NCBI GenBank assembly: GCA_041651355.1
Contig: JBAZJK010000002.1
Location: 1-54,470 of the forward strand
DNA from: Patescibacteria group bacterium
GTDB taxonomy: Bacteria > Patescibacteriota > Patescibacteriia > Patescibacteriales > UBA12465
Direction: 5' to 3'
DNA length: 54,470 nucleotides
The notes beneath the pieces are model-generated. The model saw nothing but the letters and a program-made list of their open reading frames with translations. It ran no database searches and was not told where the DNA came from. Positions 28,001-38,098 of this stretch are shown here, piece after piece. How positions within the stretch are numbered: position 1 is the first letter of the stretch; the number at the start of each line of letters is the position of its first letter. Position numbers and translations under genes: made by a program.

Positions 28001-29717
28001 GAAAAAACTTCGCTATCTGTTATTGCTATTTATAATTTATAATTCGTTTTTTCTCAATAAGGCCTTTCATATTGACGACCCGTTTACTATCGGTATCGCA
28101 GAGGCAATAAATAAGAATCCGGTCATTGTGCCGTTTGAAGGAGATTCCATTGCCAGGATTATTGAAACCATACCCGTTGACCTTCTGGATAAGCCGCTGG
28201 CATTAGGAAATAATCCTTTGCTGATAGGGTATTATTATGCGCCTATAATCAGATTTCTCGGTGAGCGTGAGTTCTGGTTGCACCTTTTTCTTTTGCCGTT
28301 TTCCGTATTAGCAATCATATCAATGTACTTTCTTTCATCGAGATTCGTCGCTAGACCATTCCTGCCTACACTCCTTTTGGTTATAAGCCCGGTTTTCTTA
28401 ATTATGTCCCAGAGTATTATGTTAGATATACCGCTTTTGTCTTTTTTTCTTCTTTCCGCCACAGTATTTATCTACGGAGTGGATAAAGACAACATTCCCT
28501 TGCTGTTTTTATCGGGCCTTCTGGCAGGATTGGCAAGCTTGATTAAATATTCCGGGCTCCTGCTTATTGCGCTCATGGCGCTTTATATCTTGATAAAACG
28601 TAAACAGAAACGCTATTATCTGTTTCTGCTTATACCTCTAGCGATATTTATCGTATGGTGCGGCCGCGACTTTTTATTTTACGGGAAGATATATTTTCTC
28701 GAAGTATTATCAGGGAAACTGCAAGCGATAAGACACCCGCCGCAAGGCGCATTCACGATGAGGATATTTGCCTTCCTGAGCTTTCTTTCCGGGGTGACAA
28801 TCACTCCCGTATTTTTTCTTCCTTGGCTAACCAAGGTTAAGAGAAGAAAGGCGATATTATTGGTTTCTCTGGTAGCAGGATTCTTGCCAGTCTTGTTAAA
28901 AAATATTTTTATGGAATATACCGCCGTTGAAAAGACGTTTCTGGCGATGCTTTTTATATCGTCAACTTTCATAATATGCATTATGATTGAAGCCGGGATT
29001 AATTCCCTCTCGCGAAAATCACAGGATAATGATAAGGCATTCCTGGCTTTATGGTTTTTACTGGTATTGGTTTTTACCGTTGTTATCCAGTTCGTTGCAG
29101 CGAGATTCCTGCTTTTATTATTGCCACCCATGTTTATAATTATTTATCAGCAAGCAGAATCATCCGATGGGTTTTTAAGACCACTCTTTAAAAACACCTT
29201 CAAGATAGCGGTCTTATTTACGCTAGTCATTTCTACTGTTTTGGCGGCCGGGGATTATTACTCTGCCGGTTTATATCGAGACTTTATCGTTTCTTTGAAG
29301 AATGGCAACCGCCCATACAGGGAGATCTATATTTGTCCCGCCTCTTATTACTTCCATTTGGCCTGGGGATACGCATATTACGTATCTAAATATTATCCCG
29401 GGCTTTTATATTTAGATCCAGAACCGGCCTTAGATAAAAATAAAGAGCTTGTCTTTGTCGCTCCGACCCGGGGGGTGCTGCCCGTAGCCATCAATAAGAT
29501 CTGTTGTAAGAAGATGAAGGAAGAAGATTACTCCAGGCATTTAATAAAGAGGGTTTGTTATAAAGGGAATGTAACGCTTCATCATCGTAATTTTCGAGCT
29601 GGCTTTTATTCTCATGACTGGGGACTTCTGCCGTTTCATCTATCGTTTTGCGAGGTGCCGCTGGAGGCGTTTGAGATCTACTCCCTTAACCCAAAAACAA
29701 GGTCAACCGGAGAATGA
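27987..29717 (+). CDS. ArnT/PMT-like GT-C membrane glycosyltransferase
   Basis: Acidic HIDDP in the first loop, NPLLIGYYYA, MLDIP, GLASLIKYSG, ARFLLLLLPP. Many TM segments. Confidence 0.8.
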   Translation: MADHKKKLRYLLLLFIIYNSFFLNKAFHIDDPFTIGIAEAINKNPVIVPFEGDSIARIIETIPVDLLDKPLALGNNPLLIGYYYAPIIRFLGEREFWLHLFLLPFSVLAIISMYFLSSRFVARPFLPTLLLVISPVFLIMSQSIMLDIPLLSFFLLSATVFIYGVDKDNIPLLFLSGLLAGLASLIKYSGLLLIALMALYILIKRKQKRYYLFLLIPLAIFIVWCGRDFLFYGKIYFLEVLSGKLQAIRHPPQGAFTMRIFAFLSFLSGVTITPVFFLPWLTKVKRRKAILLVSLVAGFLPVLLKNIFMEYTAVEKTFLAMLFISSTFIICIMIEAGINSLSRKSQDNDKAFLALWFLLVLVFTVVIQFVAARFLLLLLPPMFIIIYQQAESSDGFLRPLFKNTFKIAVLFTLVISTVLAAGDYYSAGLYRDFIVSLKNGNRPYREIYICPASYYFHLAWGYAYYVSKYYPGLLYLDPEPALDKNKELVFVAPTRGVLPVAINKICCKKMKEEDYSRHLIKRVCYKGNVTLHHRNFRAGFYSHDWGLLPFHLSFCEVPLEAFEIYSLNPKTRSTGE

Positions 29718-31168
29718 AAACTCTGTTTATGTTTAAAAGCGAGAATTTTCTAGCCCCCATCGGATTATGCACCATTTCAGCGGTTGCAAAAAAATACGGC
29801 CATCAGACGTATCTGTGCGAGACGAATTCAGAGAATACAATGCAGCGCATAGCCGATATCAAGCCCGATGTTATCTGTTATAGCTCCTCTACCGGAGAGG
29901 CCAAGCATTATTTTCGGTTAAATACCGAGATCAAAAATGAATTCCCGCAGGTATTTACGATTATGGGCGGGCCCCACCCCACATTTTACCCTGAGGTTAT
30001 CTCTGAGGAGAAAGGCCTGGATGCACTTTGCATCGGGGACGGCGAGATAGCTTTTGTAAGCTTGCTTTCGGCGCTCTCCAGAAAGGAATCCATCGATGCC
30101 ATCCCGGGGATTGTCACCAGGAATAATAGAAACATATTTACGGCCGGCGAGCTTACGGAAAACCTGGATATGCTGCCGCATCCAGATTTTTCATTAATTT
30201 ACGATAATACCCCTTTGGGCAAATACCCCCTCAAGAGTTTTATTGCCTCCAGAGGCTGTTCTTACGATTGTACATATTGTTTTAATAAGGCCTGGCGTAA
30301 TATCTATGTCGGCAAAGGAAAGATGGTGCGGCGCAATAGCGTAGATTACGTTATTGACCAGATTAAGCATGTGCAAGAGAAGTGGCCTTTAAGTTGCATT
30401 AAGTTCTATGATGACATTTTTTCGTACACCGCAGACGAATGGCTTGAGGAATTTTCCAAGAAATACAAGGAACGCGTGAACCTGCCGTTTTTTATCCTGA
30501 CGAGAGCAGATCTGCTTACGGAAGAAATGGTAAAATTACTCAAATACGCCGGCTGCCGCACAATCAGCATGTCAATAGAATCGGGGGATCAAGGCATCAG
30601 GGCCCAGATGCTCGGGCGGCGCATGTCCGATAAACAGATTGTTAACGCCCATCGCCTGTGCGATAGATACGGGATTTACACCTTTGCTAACTGCATATTA
30701 GGCCTGCCGGGGACATCCGTTGGCGATGATATTAAATCGGTCGATCTGGCAATTAAGGCTAAAGCTACCTGGTCGGAATTCCCGATATTTTATCCATACC
30801 CAAAAACAGAACTCGGCAGGTATGCAATAGAGAAAGGGTTTTATAAGCCAGTTTATAAACAGATGCATACCTCCTATCAATATAGATCGCTTCTCAGCTG
30901 TTTTTCCGATAGAGAAAAAAACGCCCAGATGAATTTATCCGTATTGGGAGCGGTGGCCGTAGTTTTTCCTTATTTCCGGAGCCTGATTGTACGTTATTTA
31001 ATATATCTGCCCCACAATCCAGTTTTTACATTGATTTATCATTTGGCAAAGACACATACATTCAGAAAAAAGATATATGTTACCAAAACGAATTTTTTAA
31101 GCTCGTTGCATATATTCCTGAGAAGCTTGAGGCAGGAGTGGTTTAGGCACGAGGATAAAAACGGATAG
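29714..31168 (+). CDS. Cobalamin-binding radical SAM protein (class B methylase-like)
   Basis: PIGL, GGPHPT, GDGE, SRGCSYDCTYC, DDIF, SIESG, ILGLPG. Confidence 0.9.
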   Translation: MKTLFMFKSENFLAPIGLCTISAVAKKYGHQTYLCETNSENTMQRIADIKPDVICYSSSTGEAKHYFRLNTEIKNEFPQVFTIMGGPHPTFYPEVISEEKGLDALCIGDGEIAFVSLLSALSRKESIDAIPGIVTRNNRNIFTAGELTENLDMLPHPDFSLIYDNTPLGKYPLKSFIASRGCSYDCTYCFNKAWRNIYVGKGKMVRRNSVDYVIDQIKHVQEKWPLSCIKFYDDIFSYTADEWLEEFSKKYKERVNLPFFILTRADLLTEEMVKLLKYAGCRTISMSIESGDQGIRAQMLGRRMSDKQIVNAHRLCDRYGIYTFANCILGLPGTSVGDDIKSVDLAIKAKATWSEFPIFYPYPKTELGRYAIEKGFYKPVYKQMHTSYQYRSLLSCFSDREKNAQMNLSVLGAVAVVFPYFRSLIVRYLIYLPHNPVFTLIYHLAKTHTFRKKIYVTKTNFLSSLHIFLRSLRQEWFRHEDKNG

Positions 31169-31178
31169 AATTATTACG

Positions 31179-32099
31179 GTGAGAAATAAAAAACAGGCAT
31201 GCGCTATTAATGCAAGACAAGAAATGCTTAAAAGGCTGCAGTTGCCCTTAAGATATAATTATATAGCCTGTTTCTTGACCTTGGATTGCAACTTTAATTG
31301 TGATTACTGCATTAACTGGTTTAACGGCAGGAAGAAATATAAAGAAACAGGCATTTCCGGTAAAGAGTGGGTAGAGGGCCTAAATCGTCTCGATTGCCCC
31401 GACGACCTACCCGTTACCATCCAAGGCGGAGAACCGGCCATGCATCCGGATTTTATATGGATAATCAAAAATATCAGGATGGGTTTAAACATCGACATCC
31501 TAACCAATCTCTCATTTAATGTCGAGGAATTCATTAAGAGCGTTAATCCTCTCCGCTTGCGCAGGGAGGCGCCTTATCCCAGCATCAGGGTAAGCTATCA
31601 TCCTTCCCATGCCGATTTAGACGTACTTATGACAAAGGTTTTAAAGATGCAGCATGCCGGGTTTTCCGTAGGGATTTTCGGTATTTTGCACCCCGGCTTC
31701 GAAGAAAATATTCTAAAGGCGCAACAACGCTGCAGAGAGGCGGGAATAGACTTTAGGACAAAAGAGTTCTTGGGTGAGTTTAGGGGGCGCATATACGGCA
31801 CTTATCTGTATCCCGAAGCCATAGGAGGCAGTCGGCAGAAGAGTTGTTTTTGCAGAACGTCCGAACTTATTATCGGACCGGAAGGAAACATTTACCGGTG
31901 TCACCATGACCTCTATGAAGATTCTTCTAAGATAGGCAACCTTTTAGACCCGAACTTCGAAATTATAGATATATTTAGAGAATGTAGCCGGTTCGGAGAA
32001 TGCAATCCTTGCGATATGAAGGTTAAGACGGACCGTTTTCAAGTTTATGGATATACTGCGGTTGAGGTAAAAGATATCCAGGGTAAAGGGGCGCAGTAA
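31179..32099 (+). CDS. Radical SAM protein with short C-terminal Cys domain (distantly related to module B)
   Basis: GTG start. CNFNCDYC, QGGEP, LTNL, VSYHP, CFCR...RC...CNPC. Confidence 0.88.
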   Translation: MRNKKQACAINARQEMLKRLQLPLRYNYIACFLTLDCNFNCDYCINWFNGRKKYKETGISGKEWVEGLNRLDCPDDLPVTIQGGEPAMHPDFIWIIKNIRMGLNIDILTNLSFNVEEFIKSVNPLRLRREAPYPSIRVSYHPSHADLDVLMTKVLKMQHAGFSVGIFGILHPGFEENILKAQQRCREAGIDFRTKEFLGEFRGRIYGTYLYPEAIGGSRQKSCFCRTSELIIGPEGNIYRCHHDLYEDSSKIGNLLDPNFEIIDIFRECSRFGECNPCDMKVKTDRFQVYGYTAVEVKDIQGKGAQ

Positions 32100-32111
32100 A
32101 TTAATCCAAAG

Positions 32112-33875
32112 ATGACGCATAGGCTCAAATCAATAAATAAGAATGGCATAGCAGTTCTTTTGCTTCTGGCGGTATTTACCTATCTTTTTTCGGTTTATGA
32201 TATAAACTTTTACGGCCCTGATGACGCCATATATTTTGCTTATATTTCAAGCGTAGCCGAAGACGGGGATTTAAACGCCGCCGACGACATAGGCCAGCGC
32301 TATCCTTATTATCTTGATTCTGGCAAGATAGGGGTGTCCGGGACGTATAACCTGCCGGATTTCCATAACCACGGCGGGGTAGTTCTCTGGGTTCCTTTTT
32401 ACGCCTACGCCAAGTTTATATATCGGGCCGCCTCAAAATTTAAAGTATCGAGTTTAAGCAGTGAAGGTTTATCGCGGATTATCAGGTGCGCCCTGTCATT
32501 CAGTACGGTTATCTTTGGATTTTGCGCCGTCATCCTTACCTATTTTTTATGCCGCAGTTTTTTTAATAAAAGTAATTCCTTGTTTTCTATTGCAGCAATA
32601 ACTTTAGGGACCCCCTATCTTTATTTTATGTTGGCAGAGCCCGGAAATGCGAATATACTGGCGTCTTTGCTTTCGGTTGTTTCTATCTTGTTTTGCTGTT
32701 ATTTAGTCAACGGAAGAAAGTCGGATTGGTTCTTGTACGGACTATTTTTTTCAATCTGCATAGCGGTTAAACTGGATTTATGGTTTCAACTGATATTCAT
32801 CGGCTTGTTCTTTAGCGCTTTGATTTTATTAAAACAGGCGCCGCCTAGAAACATATTATATTTTATCTTAGGCATCTTGCCGGGCGCGGCATTGATTTTT
32901 ATAAATAACTATATAAAATACGGAACGTTCCATATAGGTGAACTTGGAGTTCTAAATCTCAGAGAATCTTATTTTTTTGAGCAGCTATTTTCATCTTACC
33001 GCGGGATTTTTTATACCTCTCCCATCATTTACCTTTGCTTCTTAGGGGGCATCTTTATAATCGCGGATTTAGTAAAGAATAAGATTAACGCAGCAGGAGG
33101 CCGGTTTGATAGCAAGGGTAGAGAGGTAGACGCCGATTTGTTTTTTGTTATTCTGATTTTCTATGTCCTTATCAAGATATTTGTTATGTCAAAAAATTAT
33201 GCCTGGGGAGGAGGAACTACCTCCGGCAGGCTGTTGCTTACAGAATTTCCTGTATTCGTACTGTTATTTAGCAGGGTATTAGAAATTAAAAATAGACGCT
33301 TGCGTTACGCAATCATTATTGCAGTTATCCCGTTCATCGCCTGGAATCTCCTTGCGCTTTCCGAATATATGACGGGGGTCGACTTTAAATACATTGTTAG
33401 GATGCCTCCGCTAAACATACGGATACCGATTATCAAAAGCGCTTTTTACGCCTTGTTTTATCCCAAGGAACTATATATAAAAATTCAATCGTGCTTTTCT
33501 TTGTTGATAATTGTTTTGGCCGGAATTTTTTATTTAGCTCCTATTTTATCAAGAGATAGGTCCTTGTCTTTTACAAGGCATAAGGCCGTGATGACAAGAT
33601 TGCCTACGCCGCTTATTATATTCACAGTTTGTCTGTTTACGGGCTATACCGCTGTAACCTCTTCAAATATAATAAATAACTCGCGCAACTTAAGATTGCT
33701 AAAGAAGGACGGTTTCTTTGAAAAGACCAAGATAATAGCTCCGTATGAATTCGAAAAAGAGGAAAATATAGGCTCGATGAACGATATGATAGAATACTTC
33801 AGATTAAAGGGCGACCCGGAAAGGGCGGAAGGCATCAAGAGGCATAAAGAAGAAATCTATGGCAGCCCTAGATAA
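32112..33875 (+). CDS. Polytopic membrane protein, probable GT-C-fold glycosyltransferase
   Basis: GPDDAIYFAY acidic motif after TM1, GIFYTSPI, WGGG...GRLL. Many TM segments. Confidence 0.68.
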   Translation: MTHRLKSINKNGIAVLLLLAVFTYLFSVYDINFYGPDDAIYFAYISSVAEDGDLNAADDIGQRYPYYLDSGKIGVSGTYNLPDFHNHGGVVLWVPFYAYAKFIYRAASKFKVSSLSSEGLSRIIRCALSFSTVIFGFCAVILTYFLCRSFFNKSNSLFSIAAITLGTPYLYFMLAEPGNANILASLLSVVSILFCCYLVNGRKSDWFLYGLFFSICIAVKLDLWFQLIFIGLFFSALILLKQAPPRNILYFILGILPGAALIFINNYIKYGTFHIGELGVLNLRESYFFEQLFSSYRGIFYTSPIIYLCFLGGIFIIADLVKNKINAAGGRFDSKGREVDADLFFVILIFYVLIKIFVMSKNYAWGGGTTSGRLLLTEFPVFVLLFSRVLEIKNRRLRYAIIIAVIPFIAWNLLALSEYMTGVDFKYIVRMPPLNIRIPIIKSAFYALFYPKELYIKIQSCFSLLIIVLAGIFYLAPILSRDRSLSFTRHKAVMTRLPTPLIIFTVCLFTGYTAVTSSNIINNSRNLRLLKKDGFFEKTKIIAPYEFEKEENIGSMNDMIEYFRLKGDPERAEGIKRHKEEIYGSPR

Positions 33876-34932
33876 GTTCAAAATAGACAGTCACAAGCTC
33901 ATTTATCATGTCCCTTCTCTGTATGCCTGGTTAAGGGGAGAAGATATCTATCCCATTTACATGGAGATAGGTCTTTATGGAGGTTGTAACCACCGCTGCA
34001 TATTTTGCGCTTTTGACTTCTTGGAATATAAACCCCTGAGCCTTGATGCGGACGTGGCAAAAAGGTTTATATGCATGGCTGGCAAGAAAGGGACGAAATC
34101 CATTCTCTATTCGGGGGAAGGAGAACCGCTTCTTCATAAGGATATCGCGGATATTATTGCTTTTACAAAGAAAAGCGGTATTGATGCAGCCCTTGTGACC
34201 AATGGGGTTATGCTTGATGAGGAAAAGGCCGAAAAAACCTTAAGGCACCTGACATGGATGAAGGTAAGCTTAGATGCAGGCACCAAAGATACATATGCAC
34301 TTATACACGGGACAAAAAAGGAAGACTTTGCTAAGGTAATCGGGAACCTTGAAAATGCCGTCAGGATTAAGAGAAAAAACAAATACGGTTGCAGCATAGG
34401 CGCACAGTATCTCTTATTGCCGCAGAATTACAAAGAGGTTAAAACAGCAACTAAGGTACTGCGCGATGCGGGGATAGATTATATGGTCATAAAACCATAT
34501 TCTCAACATCCCTTTAGCAAAAATAGAATAGACTCCAGATTAAATCTTAAGAGGCTGGACTGTTTAGAAAAAGAGCTTGAGAAATGCTCGAATAACCGCT
34601 TTCAGATAATATTCCGCCGTCACACCATGGAAAGGCTCAAGGCAGACAGGCCGTATAAATATTGTATCGGTGCGCCGTTTACGGCGCTTATAACTACGGA
34701 GGGTAACATTTATCCCTGCAACATTTTTTTAGGGAAAAATGAATTTTCACTCGGGAATATTTACGAAAATAACCTTACTGAAATCTGGAAAGGGAAAAGA
34801 CGCAAGGCGGTAATGGATTTTATCTATAAAAGATGGAAGATATCCAAATGCAGAAAGGCCTGCAGGATGGATGCAATTAACACTTATCTCTGGGAGCTTA
34901 GACATCCTGACAGCCATATTAATTTCATATAA
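33859..34932 (+). CDS. Radical SAM/SPASM-like protein (module C)
   Basis: DSHKLIYH...PIYMEIGLYGGCNHRCIFC, GEGEP, VTNG, SLDAG. CIGAPF...PC...IW...CRKACR. Confidence 0.9.
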   Translation: MAALDKFKIDSHKLIYHVPSLYAWLRGEDIYPIYMEIGLYGGCNHRCIFCAFDFLEYKPLSLDADVAKRFICMAGKKGTKSILYSGEGEPLLHKDIADIIAFTKKSGIDAALVTNGVMLDEEKAEKTLRHLTWMKVSLDAGTKDTYALIHGTKKEDFAKVIGNLENAVRIKRKNKYGCSIGAQYLLLPQNYKEVKTATKVLRDAGIDYMVIKPYSQHPFSKNRIDSRLNLKRLDCLEKELEKCSNNRFQIIFRRHTMERLKADRPYKYCIGAPFTALITTEGNIYPCNIFLGKNEFSLGNIYENNLTEIWKGKRRKAVMDFIYKRWKISKCRKACRMDAINTYLWELRHPDSHINFI

Positions 34933-34938
34933 CAGCCG

Positions 34939-35628
34939 ATGATGACTGACATAGCTGTTTCAATTTGCGTGCCTGCGTTTAACGAAGAAAAAACCCTGAG
35001 GGGAGCCGTTGAGGATTTATTAGAGACTCTGCACTCGAAGGTCGGGGGATTAGATATTATTATCGTTGATGACGGGAGCACGGATTCTACCACGCAGGTT
35101 TCCGTTCAGCTAATGAGGATGCATAAAAATATCAGGGTTATCCGGCATGCAAAAAGAATGGGCATCGGGGCAAGCTACAGAGATGCCTTAAAAATAGCCC
35201 GGGGGGATTATTTTACATGGTTCCCCGCAGACCATGAGAATTCAGCTCAGGAATTTATCCTCTGCCTGCCATATTTAAAAAAAGGCGCGATAGCAACATG
35301 TTATCATCGCGGACAGGACCCCCGGACATATTTGCGGCGTTTTATTTCCCGCGGTTATACCGTTCTTTTAAATATCGTTTTCCGCTTAAATCTAAAATAT
35401 TACAACGGCTTGACAATATTCCCGCTATCGGCCTTGTCTCCGTCCGTTTCTCTTTGCGACGGCTTCTTTTTTACCGCCGAAAATATCATCAAGGCAGTCC
35501 GGAGAGGTTACAAGGTAATAGAACTACCGGCTCCGTTAAAGGGGCGCGCATCCGGAAGCTCCAGTGCGTTGACATTTTCATCTTTCAGACAGGCGATAAG
35601 CGATATCCTGCGTATTTTAAGGGGATAA
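34939..35628 (+). CDS. GT2, polyprenol-phosphate glycosyltransferase (DPM1-like)
   Basis: VSICVPAFNEE, VDDGSTD, GIGASYRDA, FPADHE, R...SSA. Short single domain. Confidence 0.85.
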   Translation: MMTDIAVSICVPAFNEEKTLRGAVEDLLETLHSKVGGLDIIIVDDGSTDSTTQVSVQLMRMHKNIRVIRHAKRMGIGASYRDALKIARGDYFTWFPADHENSAQEFILCLPYLKKGAIATCYHRGQDPRTYLRRFISRGYTVLLNIVFRLNLKYYNGLTIFPLSALSPSVSLCDGFFFTAENIIKAVRRGYKVIELPAPLKGRASGSSSALTFSSFRQAISDILRILRG

Positions 35629-35639
35629 GGATACATCGG

Positions 35640-36701
35640 ATGGGTTTTAAGAGTTCAATACGCTACCTTAGAGTTATAGGCGCACTGTTAAAATCTAATT
35701 TTTTTAAACAGCGCTTACCCATTATCACGATCCTTGGGGTTACTAACCGCTGCAATCTTAGCTGTTGGTATTGTTATGGAGAGCATCCTTACCGTAGCCG
35801 ATGTTGCGATTTCGGCACCGGTGAACTCCTTGAGATAGTAAGGGTTATGCGACAACTAGGCACGCAGCTATTACAACTGCAGGGAGGGGAGCCTCTCCTC
35901 CGCGAAGACTTGGATATCGTTATCGATGAGGCCCATCGTTTTGGGATGGCCTGCGACATGGTCACTAACGGCACTTTGGTTTTGAAGAAAACAGATATAG
36001 TCAGAAGGTTGGATAGAATCTGTATCAGTTTAGACGGGAGGCCGGGTCTGAACGATGCCAACCGCGGAGAAGGCGCATATGGGCGGGCCCTGGAAGGGGT
36101 AGAGTTTGCTTGTTCTTGCGGTTTAGCGGTTCGCCTTAGCGCTGTATTGACCGACAAAACCGCTGCTGAGGACATCGATTGGCTGATAGGTTTAGCGCGC
36201 AGGTATAAAATAACGGTTAATTTTTCACCGCCGTTTTATTTCCGCCCGCAGTTTAGTAAGAATGAAATGACTCCGCACCTCATGGCCGATGTCAAGCTAA
36301 AGTCTCTCCTCCAACATATTATATATCGCAAGAGAGAAAAAGCGCCCATACAATTTAGCCTTGCCAGTTATGGCCTCGCCTTAAACTGGCCGTTTACATA
36401 TAAAAAACGCACCGCAACCCAACAGGAGCTTCCTGCCGGTACCGGATATCCTAAATGCTACCACGGTGACCGTGTTGTATTTATTGACAGTGACGGTAGC
36501 GTTTATCCGTGTTGTAATTTTTGGGGCAGGGCGTATGGCAACATTCGCAACGACGGCATTAAAGCAGCGGTCGGGAATATAAGCAGGGATAATTGCAGAG
36601 CTTGCTATATACCGGCTTATATAGACAGGAACCTTATCTTTGGAATAAATTTTAATGCATGCGGGAATTATGTAAAATACATTATAAGGGGACAGATATG
36701 A
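35640..36701 (+). CDS. Radical SAM protein; start moved from 35298 to ATG 35640
   Basis: GVTNRCNLSCWYC, GGEPLL, VTNG, ISLDG, CYHG...PC...CRAC. The longer ORF overlaps the upstream GT2 by 330 nt. Confidence 0.88.
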   Translation: MGFKSSIRYLRVIGALLKSNFFKQRLPIITILGVTNRCNLSCWYCYGEHPYRSRCCDFGTGELLEIVRVMRQLGTQLLQLQGGEPLLREDLDIVIDEAHRFGMACDMVTNGTLVLKKTDIVRRLDRICISLDGRPGLNDANRGEGAYGRALEGVEFACSCGLAVRLSAVLTDKTAAEDIDWLIGLARRYKITVNFSPPFYFRPQFSKNEMTPHLMADVKLKSLLQHIIYRKREKAPIQFSLASYGLALNWPFTYKKRTATQQELPAGTGYPKCYHGDRVVFIDSDGSVYPCCNFWGRAYGNIRNDGIKAAVGNISRDNCRACYIPAYIDRNLIFGINFNACGNYVKYIIRGQI

Positions 36702-38098
36702 TTGATAAAGGCAATTGGTATAAACTGGAAGACGCAGAAAAGCTACCGCCTCGGGCGAAGAACCTTTTAATGCGCAGATACGTAAATCCGGGTATGGTGA
36801 AGTTATTCGGGTTGCTGGGTTTTGAGGAGGTGTGGGCTTCCTCTGCAGAAGGGATGTACATTACCCTAAACGATGGAAGGCGCATATTGGATATGACGGG
36901 AGGTAACGGCGTCCTGGGGTTAGGGCATAATCATCCCAGGATATTGTCTGTTCGCGAAAAGATAGCCAGGGAAAAAAGACTGGAAATCTGTAAGGCCTTT
37001 CTCTCTCCCTATGTCGCTGCTTTGGCAGCTGATATCTCGAGTCTCTTGCCGGAAGATTTAGACTATTCATTTTTTTGCAATAGCGGTGCCGAAGCAGTGG
37101 AGGGCGCATTAAAAACAGCCGAGAAGTGTTACGGGGGCTCGCGTAAAGGTTTGATATACACGGATCACTCCTTTCACGGCAAGACGCATGCGGCCATGTC
37201 CGTATCAAGCCTTGATGAATCACGCAGCTATTTTCAATTGTTAGAGCAGTGTTACCGGGTGCCCTACGGTAGCATCAACGCCTTTAAGGAAATGATAGAG
37301 AAGCATAGACAGGATGTCTGTGCCTTTATAGTTGAGGCAATTCACGGAACACGCATTATTTTCCCTCCGGAGGGATATATGCGGGAAGTGCGCGACATCT
37401 GTACGAAAAACGAGGTGGTGCTGATACTCGATGAGATATATACGGGATTCGGAAGAACGGGATACTGGTTTGCGTTTGAGGCCGAAGGAATTGTCCCAGA
37501 TATAGTATGTTACTCTAAGGCCTTCGGAGGGGGCAAGGCGAGTATAGCCGGTTATACTGTGCGACGGCCGATATTCTTACGAGCCTACGGTAGCACAAAA
37601 GACTGCATGATGCATTCCTCTACTTTTAGCGGTATGACAGAAGAATGCGCTACCGCGATCGAGGCGTTAAACATATTCAAAGAAGAGGGATTGATAGAAA
37701 AAAGCAGGAAACTCGGCGGGTACCTCGGAGAGCGCCTGTCCGCCCTTAAAATAAAATACCCGGAGCGCGTTAATGACGTGAGGGGTAGAGGTCTATTGTG
37801 GGGAATCGAGCTTAAACCCGTTTTTGGGTTAAATAGGATATCTAAGAATATTTTTTCTGAAGATAATCAGACATTGGCTAGCCTAACCGGAGCGATTGTT
37901 TTGGCAGCCCTGTTCGGCCGGTATAATCTTCTGGCCTATCTGGGATTTACCAGGCGTAACCTCATTGTTTTTTCTCCCGCCCTGATCGTCAACAGGGAAG
38001 AGTTAGACAAAGCAGTTTCCGTCCTGGAAGAGGTCCTTAAGACCCCCTGGCCGGTTCTTATAAGTTCATTTTTAACAAAGCGAACCATAAAGCCATGA
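36698..38098 (+). CDS. Class III PLP-dependent aminotransferase (PatA/HpnO/acetylornithine-AT-like); start moved to ATG 36698
   Basis: LGLGHNHP, NSGAEAVEGALK, SFHGKT, FIVEAIHG, LILDEIYTGFGRTG, PDIVCYSKAFGGG (PLP Lys), RGRGL. ATGA overlap with the upstream stop. Confidence 0.92.
   Translation: MIDKGNWYKLEDAEKLPPRAKNLLMRRYVNPGMVKLFGLLGFEEVWASSAEGMYITLNDGRRILDMTGGNGVLGLGHNHPRILSVREKIAREKRLEICKAFLSPYVAALAADISSLLPEDLDYSFFCNSGAEAVEGALKTAEKCYGGSRKGLIYTDHSFHGKTHAAMSVSSLDESRSYFQLLEQCYRVPYGSINAFKEMIEKHRQDVCAFIVEAIHGTRIIFPPEGYMREVRDICTKNEVVLILDEIYTGFGRTGYWFAFEAEGIVPDIVCYSKAFGGGKASIAGYTVRRPIFLRAYGSTKDCMMHSSTFSGMTEECATAIEALNIFKEEGLIEKSRKLGGYLGERLSALKIKYPERVNDVRGRGLLWGIELKPVFGLNRISKNIFSEDNQTLASLTGAIVLAALFGRYNLLAYLGFTRRNLIVFSPALIVNREELDKAVSVLEEVLKTPWPVLISSFLTKRTIKP

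Noticed and set aside
35298-35639. 114-aa N-terminal extension of the radical SAM ORF 35298..36701 (possible overlapping gene or frameshift fusion)
   Set aside because: It lies inside the GT2 34939..35628 and has no recognisable motifs. ATG 35640 gives a normal-sized radical SAM.
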